Source of the DNA: Octopus sinensis
Taxonomy: Eukaryota
Length of the DNA: 8,010 nucleotides
Assembly: GCF_006345805.1 (NCBI RefSeq)
Contig: NW_021828665.1
Coordinates: 1 to 8,010 of the forward strand
Direction of reading: 5' to 3'
The notes beneath the pieces are model-generated. The model did not search any database and had not been told where the DNA came from. It saw nothing but the letters and a program-made list of their open reading frames with translations. A program made the position numbers and the translations under genes. Each line of letters opens with the position of its first letter. Position 1 is the first letter of the stretch. Positions 1-7,377 of the stretch are shown here, one piece after another.

Positions 1-90
1 GTACTCTCGCTTTCGACTCTATCAGGCTGCTTCTTGAACAGAAGAGAAAAATCCTCACTTTCATGTCTTCATGCAAAGAAGTTCAAACTA

Positions 91-220
91 CATGCTGACC
101 GAAATACCTTGTGACATTTAATTACATTACCTTACGTTCTCAGTTCAAATCCCTCCAGAATCGACTTGGATCTTCATATTTTCAGAGATATAACAACTTA
201 TATTACTGTCCCAGTTGACT
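91..220 (+). mobile_element. Degenerate tRNA-derived SINE head (octopus-type SINE)
   Basis: Pol III B-box-like AGTTCAAATCC at 142-152 within 'ttacgttctcagttcaaatccctccagaatcgacttggatcttcatattttcag'. This resembles, from recall and unsearched, the common Octopus SINE head 'TTACGTTCTGAGTTCAAATTCCGCCGAGGTCGACTTTGCCTTTCATCCTTTCGGGG'. A-box not clear; boundaries approximate. Confidence 0.55.
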
Positions 221-737
221 TCGAATGATGAAGCACAAACTTCAGTCAACTCATGGACAACATTTAATTCGGTAAATAAAATCTACATGACATATTAACT
301 TTTACAAATGCTTTAAATAAAAACGCTCATCGTTTATCATGAAAAAACCAAAAAACGAAACCAAACATGTTCTTACATGCAAATTGTGGTGCAAAGGATT
401 TCAAGAAACACGCCGAACATTTTGTTGTCAAGTCGAACTAAACTAGTTTGCTAACAAGTCAGGCCAAAGTTATTAATACTACCAGAATTTCTCCATTGCG
501 ACAAATTTGTCCTAACTTAAGAAATGTTTTCTTTTTCTTATTTGAGAATTACTATTCACACAATATGTGTTTAGCCAATGAATTAACGAGGTATCGACGT
601 CATTGTGGATTAAGGGACATTTTTCATTATGGGGCCTGACTGACCATGTTAACGTAGGATAATGACAAACAGTATCATTTTAATATGGACACTAAACACC
701 AGGTATTGAGTACTTTTTAACTTGTTCGCTACAAACA

Positions 738-738
<1 letters not shown>

Positions 739-768
<30 letters not shown>

Positions 769-778
769 TGTATGTATG
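739..778 (+). repeat. (TATG)10 microsatellite
   Basis: Perfect tetranucleotide run read directly. Confidence 0.97.
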
Positions 779-1344
779 TCTGTCACAGAACCTCTCAAAA
801 CTAGACACCAATATCTAAGTATTGTCCAGGTATAATTAGGTTATCTTCGAAGAAAACCAAACAATACTAAAATAAGCAGTCCCCATAAAATATGAACCTG
901 CAAACACTTTCCACTTTACAAGAATGAAGGACAACCCAGAATAACGAAATTAAGGTGTTAAATTCACTATCAAACAGTATATGTGCATTCCCATCATCAG
1001 ATGTCTAAACGGATATCACTGTGGTTTCGACACTTGGACAGTACCATTCAATTCGGACCGTGTCCACGGCATTAAAAATATAAACGTTGCTAGGGAAACC
1101 ACAAATAACAACACAAGAGTATACAAATAGTGATAACTTGTGACTAGGGAATAGTATTTATAACAAAGAACTTATTCCAAGATGAACATTCACACAATAT
1201 AAATGTACTCGTACAATATGAATTAGTTTAGTCATAGAATTCTTCAGAATTTATTAAGAAAATTTGTTGATGGCTTGGAATAAAAGAAGGACAGAGACTG
1301 AGAGTATGACAGGTTGTAAAGAAGCTGGAGCAATTTTGAAATAG

Positions 1345-1345
1345 A

Positions 1346-1380
<35 letters not shown>
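1345..1380 (+). repeat. (ATAA)9 microsatellite
   Basis: Perfect tetranucleotide run read directly. Confidence 0.97.
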
Positions 1381-1526
1381 AGACAGTTTAATTCCATATT
1401 TAGTCCAAAGGTATAAAGATCAAGTGTGGACGTAAATGTAAAGAAAGAGAATAAATTTTGAAAATAGAACCATCGAATTTCGCATTCCGAATAAAAGATA
1501 AACACATGTAGGATGTTCATGGTCGA

Positions 1527-1596
1527 GTATGCGTGTGTGCGTATGTGTGTGTATGTATGTGTGTATGTGTGTGTGTGTGTGTATGTATGCGCGTGT
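1527..1596 (+). repeat. Compound (TG)/(TATG)/(TGCG) microsatellite
   Basis: Interrupted TG-based run read directly. Confidence 0.93.
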
Positions 1597-2074
1597 AAGT
1601 CTTCTTGGGGATTCATTCTCCATATAAATAAGTTGTTATTAGTTGAAGTCCTGGCGGAGAACATGTAACCTTTGAGGTTCTTAAGTATGGTCATCTGGTA
1701 AATTGTTTGCATGGGCCGCCCTACGACCCATCAGGGAATATTCTCCCAAATGGGAATCGAAATTGGGTCGCAAATTTGGCACAACGACAGTGTGTCACTT
1801 GCTCACTGATATAAATCGATTTCTAAGTTTGACACAAAACCACGATGGAAGAATGGAACGAGATTCTGTGAGGCACATTCATTTCTTAATGACATTAGTG
1901 ATGTATGTAATTAAGTGAAGAAAATGATTCCAGTGAAGAAATGGAAACAGAATCTCGCTCGTTTGTAGCAAACAGAAAGGAATCGGCGGCGAAAGTGGGT
2001 TTTGAAAGTCTGTGACAATATCAGAGAATCCAGCTGAATGGAAATGAAAGTGAAACAAACTTTTAGGTCCCGAC

Positions 2075-2131
2075 ATAAGTTCATGAGTTGGGATTAAGCT
2101 TGTGAGTTGAGGATAAGTTTATGAGTTGGGG
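2075..2131 (+). repeat. 19-bp minisatellite, 3 imperfect copies (consensus ATAAGTTTATGAGTTGGGG)
   Basis: Units: 2075-2093 ataagttcatgagttggga, 2094-2112 ttaagcttgtgagttgagg, 2113-2131 ataagtttatgagttgggg. Copies 1 and 3 match at 17/19. Looser TGAGTT/TGAGT echoes continue to ~2266. Confidence 0.8.
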
Positions 2132-2610
2132 AAGTTGAATTGTGAGTCACGGGCTGTTAGTACAGTGGCTATTAATTTGTGAGATTGAGTTACCAGTTGG
2201 TGTGTTGGAGCTGTGAGTTCGATCTGTTGTTGAGTTGATAATGTCAGGTGTTGATTGGAAGTGAGTGTTAGTTTGTGATTTGGAAAAATTAGTCGTCGTT
2301 GTGTGGCCCCAATCACCCTGATCATGTTGACATTCTAGCAATGACCTTTTCATCTTCTTTTCCAGACTGAATGAATCAAGGGCTACATTGTCCAGTGTGC
2401 CGCCCTGCACTAAGGTGTGTTTTGATGCAGATTTAGTATCTATTTCTGGAAGGGTCAGCGACCTCGTAGATTCTATCCTGTTAGCTGGAGACTGTCAGTT
2501 GTATGAGCTGGTTACCGAGGGAAGTGAGCCAGTCAAGCCTTAGGAACCAGGTTCAATTCTCAGTTGAAGACAGTCCATTTCTCGCACATACATAGAGATT
2601 TTTTGCCCTT

Positions 2611-2686
2611 TCATTTCACGAGCAGACTTTTTCTGTTGATCAAATCGACTGGAACACTCGTCGTCGCCGTAACTCTCGGAGAGTCG
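2611..2686 (-). mobile_element. Fragment of an octopus-type interspersed repeat (probable SINE segment)
   Basis: Reverse complement reads 'ctccgagagttacggcgacgacgagtgttccagtcgatttgatcaacagaaaaagtctgctcgtgaaat'. This resembles, from recall and unsearched, the abundant Octopus repeat 'CTCCGTCGGTTACGACGACGAGGGTTCCAGTTGATCCGATCAACGGAACAGCCTGCTCGTGAAAT'. Confidence 0.5.
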
Positions 2687-2699
2687 AGGTTAGTCGTGT

Positions 2700-3080
2700 A
2701 AATAAACTGAAATGGCTCTGGTCGGGTTTCGAAATCAAGTCACACATGTGGCTGGTGTATGTGTCAAGTCTCGAAATGAATTCTCTGACAGATCCCGTCA
2801 AGAATTTGAAATGACGTTTTATGATATCGCTTTTTTTCTCTCGTTCATTCCTTTTCCCAATGCTTCTTTCAGCATGTTCTAAGGAAACGATATCATTGAT
2901 CCGTTGTCTATTTCGCTCCCCAACGTATCGATCAAAAGATGCGATCAGAGTTATCTCCCTTCGCCGTTGAACGCCCGTCATATTTGATCCGATCCTGTTT
3001 GTGTTTCGTATTCACAACTTTCTCAAAGTATATTCCCTCAGCCGCTGTTTATAGTGACTTTTGAACTCATTACGAGTGTG
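2700..3080 (-). mobile_element. Possible decayed pogo/Tigger-like DDE transposase C-terminal fragment
   Basis: One minus frame reads HTRNEFKSHYKQRLREYTLRKL*(stop 3012-3014) and continues into the listed 2640..2981 ORF (…VQRRREITLIASFDRYVG…). FKSHYKQRL resembles the 'FKxHY+xRL' helix that follows the last catalytic Asp in pogo/Tigger DDE_1 transposases. No DDE core or TIR is visible. Confidence 0.25.
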
Positions 3081-3560
3081 TCAAATGTAAGGAATGCCAG
3101 GCTATAGTGCTTTCTTGCCTGCTGTATGGAATTGAAACCTGGACAGTTCTATAAAGCTCAGGTGGATAAGTTACCTGCCTATGTGATGAGACAACTACAA
3201 CGACTTATGATCATCTCTGTTTGACAAGATCAGGAATGAAGAGACTCTTGGGCGTGTTGGTCCCTGCCCCCTGATGATGGGAATCCTCATTGATAGAGAC
3301 TCACGGTAATTGGGTCACGTACACAGGGTGGACGACGGCAGACTCCGCAGACAAGTTCCTTTACTCCCGACTATGCAAAGGGAAGAGAAATCATGGAAGA
3401 AGAGCCCTAGACTGGAATTCAAAGACACTGCAAAATGGAATACGAAGGAGAAAGCCATTGATATAGAATAAATGGCAAAGCGAAAGAGTGACCAGTATGG
3501 CGAAAGAGTGACCAAGTCATGCCAAAGCCACGAGATAGTCATAGACGCGACGACTGACCA
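3080..3560 (+). mobile_element. Decayed RTE-clade (BovB-like) LINE, 3' end of ORF (post-RT region), 5' truncated
   Basis: Frameshift-joined translation from 3095: CQAIVLSCLLYGIETWTV / YKAQVDKLPAYVMRQLQRLMIIS / DKIRNEETLGRVGPCPLMMGILIDRDSR*LGHVHRVDDGRLRRQV / LYSRLCKGKRNHGRR / RLEFKDTAKWNTKEKAIDIE*. This carries the characteristic RTE motifs LLYGxETW (YGIETW at 3125-3142), (W)LGHVxR (3307-3327), RLPRQxLY and RxxGRPxxR(F/W)KD (FKDT at 3418-3429). Several stops and frameshifts. Confidence 0.9.
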
Positions 3561-3597
3561 CAGATAAAAAGATATAACTAGGATTAGTAGTTTAGTA

Positions 3598-3805
3598 CAG
3601 TGGTTCCCAAACATTTTCGGGCTGGCGTCCCCTTAACACCCAGGCCACGTTCCTAGTGACCCCACCCCAACTAACCATCACAAACAGAGACCTCTTTCTG
3701 AAGCAAATCCAAAGTAACTGTATTTCACAAATAAAACTTAACCTAATGAACCCCTTATTTTGTCGTTTTTACATGAATCGCGACCCCATTATCGCCCCAC
3801 TTCTC
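3598..3805 (+). mobile_element. hAT-Charlie-type non-autonomous element, left part (right TIR missing)
   Basis: Begins CAGTGGTTCCCAAAC (3598-3612), the canonical hAT-Charlie TIR, followed by 'attttcgggctggcgtcccc'. Later CGCGACCCC / ATCGCCCC motifs (3779-3798) are typical of such elements' subterminal regions. I found no complementary GTTTGGGAACCACTG; right boundary approximate. Confidence 0.7.
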
Positions 3806-3892
3806 TTCAGGGTCCCCTTAACCTCACATTTATTGTATTCCAGACATGGATTAATGTTTAAATTTAATCTGCGGAACGGTAATAATGTTGGT

Positions 3893-3965
3893 TAGTCTTA
3901 GGTCAACTTTGATTCAGCAGACCCAACATCAAAAGGGATTCCAACCATGACCATCACATCTATTT
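3893..3965 (+). repeat. Fragment of a probable octopus-type interspersed repeat
   Basis: 'aggtcaactttgattcagcagacccaacatcaaaagggattccaaccatgaccatc' resembles, from recall only, a recurrent Octopus repeat (CAGGTCAACCCTGAT…AGCAGACC…ATCAAAGGCATTCCAGCCATGACCATC). Class unknown. Confidence 0.3.
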
Positions 3966-4000
3966 TAGATGTATGTAGCACTACTATATTACTTAATGCG

Positions 4001-4640
4001 TTTTCTTTTTTTTTAAGAAGAAAGAGCACTGCAGATCATCCAAGACCACGAGATTGGGGCTATTAGTGTTTTTCACGAACCTTTGTAAGCCAATACTTGT
4101 GGATGAAGACATGAGCAGGAAGGGGGCTCCCAAGGGATGGCGTTCTAGGAAGGAAGGACTGGTCACTGCGATAGGGGCAGTGCTTTGGAGTTGGATGCAA
4201 CAAAACTGAAAAGAAGACAAAGGATGAGAGGGTTGGGAATGTTTGAGCGAATGTTTTAGCTTCGACGAGCAGAGAATCATTTTGGCAGTGACAGAAGAGA
4301 AGCCCAGAGAGGAAACAGTGTGCAGGTGGGCTCGAAGCTGGAAGATGTCTGTGAGTCGCTTTACATGCCAATCCGTTGACTGGCTTAATTCTGGATGCAG
4401 TTTAGGACGTGCGTGCGTGTGCGTGTGTATAGCAAGCAACACCGCTCCAAATGTGACAACAATACCCCATTGCGGGTCTCGTTTGAGCTTCGTTGAGCAT
4501 CAGTAACTGTTAGGGGCTGAAGTATCTTCTTGCCCTGAAAAGAAGGGCCAGTCGTTTTAGTGCGGTCTACGCTAGATTAATGATCGGGTTCCACAAGAAG
4601 AAAACCTCAGTAATAATAGTTTGACCCGATATTAGTAATG
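4001..4640 (-). mobile_element. Decayed CR1-clade LINE, 3' portion (end of RT/thumb region to A-tail), 5' truncated
   Basis: Minus translation: LLISGQTIITEVFFLWNPIINLA*TALKRLALLFRARRYFSP*QLLMLNEAQTRPAMGYCCHIWSG / LNCIQN*A / LTDIFQLRAHLHTVSSL / LFCHCQN / SFLPRTPSLGSPLPAHVF. This matches CR1-type consensus motifs LGLTI..DL.W..HI..IA..ASKKL..LFRAR.YF, YKAQIRP.MEYC.HIW.G, LDRIQ, HRR.VSSL.LFYRY and SF.PRT..LWN.LP..VF. The T-tract at 4001-4014 is the poly(A) tail on the minus strand. Confidence 0.9.
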
Positions 4641-4776
4641 ATAGTAAGGGCTTTAGGGGGGAAAAAAGGAACCGAAAATTGGTGATATTTGACGGGAATC
4701 TGAAGAATCAGCTGTCGAATATGAAGAGTCAAGAGTAAATATTTTTAACGAAATGTAACTGAAGGAAAGACTGAAG

Positions 4777-4808
4777 TAATAACAACAACAATAGCAACAA
4801 TAGCAACA
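4777..4808 (+). repeat. Imperfect (AAC/AAT/AGC) trinucleotide run
   Basis: 'taataacaacaacaatagcaacaatagcaaca' read directly. Confidence 0.75.
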
Positions 4809-4917
4809 GAGGTGATATTTCAAGTTTGTTGTTTATTACGCATGGATGAATGTGAGTGGTGGTGGTCGTGGTGGGGTGTACGATATTGATTCATCATATT
4901 TTGGACAATAAGACAAA

Positions 4918-4918
<1 letters not shown>

Positions 4919-4950
<32 letters not shown>

Positions 4951-5019
4951 GTAGAGAGAATGAGTGAGAGAGATAGGTGGAGGAGAGAGCCAAACTGAAT
5001 AAGAGAGAGAGATAGATGG

Positions 5020-5078
<59 letters not shown>
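4919..5078 (+). repeat. Compound microsatellite (TG)7-(GA)9-degenerate GA-(GATA)5-(GA)20
   Basis: (TG)7 4919-4932, (GA)9 4932-4949, (GATA)5 5019-5038, (GA)20 5039-5078. Confidence 0.96.
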
Positions 5079-5083
<5 letters not shown>

Positions 5084-5117
5084 TTATTGTGTTGTGTCTG
5101 TAGTCTTAGGCATGAAA

Positions 5118-5300
5118 TGTGTGTGTGTGTGTGTTGTGTTTATTTTGTATCCTTTTATGTCTTGTAACTTAACGGTTCAACAAAAACGATCGATAAAGTA
5201 AGTAGAAGAATGAAATGAATTCTGATTGTCAATACGATCGACTAAATTTCTCGACGGTGCCCCAGTCTGGGCGCAGTCCATTGACTGAAACCAGTAAAAC
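5118..5300 (+). mobile_element. Degenerate 3' part of an octopus-type SINE following a (TG)n run
   Basis: 'gtaacttaacggttcaacaaaaacgatcgataaagtaagta…gatcgactaaa…cggtgccccagtctgggcgcagtccattgactgaaaccagtaaaa' resembles, from recall and unsearched, the Octopus SINE tail 'GTAACTTAGCGGTTCGGCAAAAGAGACCGATAGAATAAGTA…TCGACTAAA…GGCGGTGCTCCAGCATGGCCGCAGTCAAATGACTGAAACAAGTAAAA', which typically follows a TG run. Confidence 0.55.
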
Positions 5301-5424
5301 GGTAAATATACAACAGTGTTCCAGTAAACGAATGGCGTAGTTTGTTTATGTATATAATATATGTATGTATACACGCCTAGACATGTCGACTCCCTCCTCT
5401 CTCGCTTTCTCTTTCCCACTGTAC

Positions 5425-5795
5425 GCATGTATATGTGTGTGTGTATATATTTTTTACTCGGTGTATGTGTATATGTATGTCTGCATGTATGTGTGTGTGT
5501 GTATGTTATGTATCTATGTATGTGTGTATGTGTATGTATGTATGTGTGTATGTATGTATGGTCGATTCAGTGTAATTTTTTACTCGGTGTATGTGTATAT
5601 GTATGTCTGCATGTATGTGTGTGTGTATGTATCTATGTGTGTGTGTGTGTGTGTGTGTAAGTATGTGTGTGTGTATGTATGTATGTATGTATGTATGTGT
5701 GTGTGTGTATGTATCTATGTATGTGTGTGTGTATGTATGTATGTATGGCCGATTCATAGTAATTTTTACTCGGTGTATGTGTATATGTATGTCTG
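5425..5795 (+). repeat. Higher-order tandem repeat: three identical 33-bp anchors separated by TG/TATG microsatellite
   Basis: TTTTTACTCGGTGTATGTGTATATGTATGTCTG at 5451-5483, 5577-5609 and 5763-5795 (periods 126 and 186 bp). A second anchor, TATGG(T/C)CGATTCA..GTAAT, precedes copies 2 and 3. Confidence 0.92.
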
Positions 5796-6013
5796 TCTCT
5801 TCACACACACTAACAGAAGCACTTCACTTACACAACATACTGTCTGTCTCCCACACCCCATCAAACACACACAGGCCGACTTCAAAGTGAAACCTTCTCG
5901 TCGTAAAATCGCTTCCTCTTAGTCTCTTTCGCTCTCATTACTTATGTAAAAAAATAAAAGTTTTTCACGGAAATCGACGGAAATCTGTGCTACTACAACC
6001 GAAACTATGCCAA

Positions 6014-6031
6014 ATATATATATATATATAT
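6014..6031. repeat. (AT)9 microsatellite
   Basis: Read directly. Confidence 0.95.
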
Positions 6032-6182
6032 AATCTTGCAGTACTAAAAGAAATTTAGTTTGATTTGCACAGACAACATAATTTATCAATGTTTATGCCT
6101 TTCATATATTCTCTCTGCGAGTTTGGATGTGTGTGTATATATAGGAATATTTATGTATATACGTAAACGAACGTTTGTGGGT

Positions 6183-6213
6183 ATGTGTGCATGTGTGTGT
6201 GTGTGTGTGTGTG
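6183..6213 (+). repeat. (TG)n microsatellite, interrupted
   Basis: Read directly. Confidence 0.9.
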
Positions 6214-6324
6214 AGGAAAATTACGGTTATTCAAATGAGGTGAACCACAAAAATAACCCCAAATGAACGATTAAATAAGATAAAAGAGGGCGAAAGAGAA
6301 GGGAGATTGTTGCAGGGAATGAAT

Positions 6325-6334
6325 GGGGGGGGGG
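6325..6334 (+). repeat. G10 homopolymer
   Basis: Read directly. Confidence 0.9.
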
Positions 6335-6420
6335 ACTATAACAATAAATCGGAGAGGAAGACATGGAAATTGCTTTAAGTAAATATTATAGACACAACGG
6401 GCAGTCAGTTATAAACACAC

Positions 6421-6424
<4 letters not shown>

Positions 6425-6458
<34 letters not shown>
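6425..6458. repeat. (TA)17 microsatellite
   Basis: Read directly. Confidence 0.96.
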
Positions 6459-6461
<3 letters not shown>

Positions 6462-6821
6462 AGATAGACAGGCTATCAGATAGGCAGTCAAAAAACCATA
6501 CATACCCTATATATACATGTGTTTGTGTATACACTCATAATGTATGTATGTATGTAGGTACATTTATTTTTATATAGGTACATACATACATTTATTAGTA
6601 CATGGGGGCATGCATTTAAGTGTCTATTGTAGTCAGATGTATATATATAGATCTGATGTATATTCAATGCAAATTGATAAATTGATTGATCGATAGAGAG
6701 GAAGGCAGTAGAGCAGACATACATACTGGAAAAGAGGAAAACTTGTATATATACACAACTAAGAAACCATATACACGCCCTCTCATATACGTACAAACGT
6801 GCGTATCAATGTATGTCTGAT

Positions 6822-6841
6822 TACATACATACATACATACA
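6822..6841 (+). repeat. (TACA)5 microsatellite
   Basis: Read directly. Confidence 0.9.
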
Positions 6842-7027
6842 TTTGTTTTTACGTGAAATTATATTTAAAAACAATTACTCAATACTTTTTGTAAATATTT
6901 ATTACAGTTTTGCAAGAAAAATGATGAGTGTGACTTCGAAGTACTGGCGTTTTGAAGTTGAAATTGTGTGAGCAGGAAATCAGCGAACTACAGACAAGGG
7001 AAGTACTCAATGCAAAGGAATGCAGAG

Positions 7028-7200
7028 TAATATATATAATTATATATATATACACTCACATACACACATATACATGTAAATACACTTATATACGTACATA
7101 AACACACACACACACACACACACATTTATATGTGTGTGTGTGTCCGTTTGTTGCATAAGTGCATGTATATATGTTTGCGTCTGTGTGTCTGTGGGTGTGT
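7028..7200. repeat. Compound TA/CA/TG microsatellite block
   Basis: TA runs ~7032-7051, (AC)n 7102-7124, (TG)n 7131-7143, degenerate TG to ~7200. Confidence 0.9.
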
Positions 7201-7273
7201 GAATATATTCAACAGAAATTGAGAGATAGTAACGGAGTAAACAAGTTGATGAAAACAGTCAAATATTAAACTA

Positions 7274-7377
7274 ACACACACACACACACAAGTACACACA
7301 CACAAGTACACACACACACAGGTACACTCACACGGGCACACGCAAACCAACACACACACACACACACACACACACAC
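7274..7377 (+). repeat. Compound (CA)n microsatellite with AAGT/AGGT interruptions
   Basis: Read directly; the interruptions recur as ACAAGTACAC (twice) and ACAGGTACAC. Confidence 0.93.

Noticed and set aside
91-160. tRNA gene
   Set aside because: Only a B-box-like motif; no cloverleaf can be built. Better explained as a decayed SINE head.
448-639. 63-aa ORF starting at TTG
   Set aside because: Short, non-ATG start, no recognisable motif; expected by chance.
1254-1712. 152-aa and 67-aa minus ORFs
   Set aside because: They run through (ATAA)9 and TG/TATG repeats (IYLF and HT repeats); artefacts.
2089-2097. TGGGATTAA as a piggyBac right end
   Set aside because: It lies inside the 19-bp minisatellite and has no convincing matching left TIR.
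3315-3614. Hydrophobic 99-aa minus ORF resembling a membrane protein
   Set aside because: Antisense of the purine-rich RTE coding strand.
3656-3895. 79-aa ORF within the hAT fragment as a transposase
   Set aside because: GTG start, no BED finger or hAT catalytic/dimerisation motifs, and it runs past the element's apparent end.
3993-4506. ORFs 3993..4442(-), 4063..4371(-) and 4243..4506(+) as genes
   Set aside because: The minus ORFs are frameshifted pieces of the dead CR1 LINE; the plus ORF is its antisense.
3981-4648. Imperfect inverted repeat flanking the CR1 fragment (3981-3997 vs 4631-4648)
   Set aside because: AT-rich low-complexity match needing three indels; the right arm overlaps LINE coding sequence; LINEs make direct, not inverted, duplications.
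5451-5795. CRISPR-like repeat/spacer appearance
   Set aside because: Spacers are ~90-150 bp of microsatellite rather than unique 25-45 bp sequences; no cas genes; the context is eukaryotic.
5361-5922. Overlapping ORFs of 99-185 aa rich in C/V/Y/M or H/T/Y/I
   Set aside because: Translations of TG/TATG microsatellite, which lacks stop codons; no domain or coding signal.
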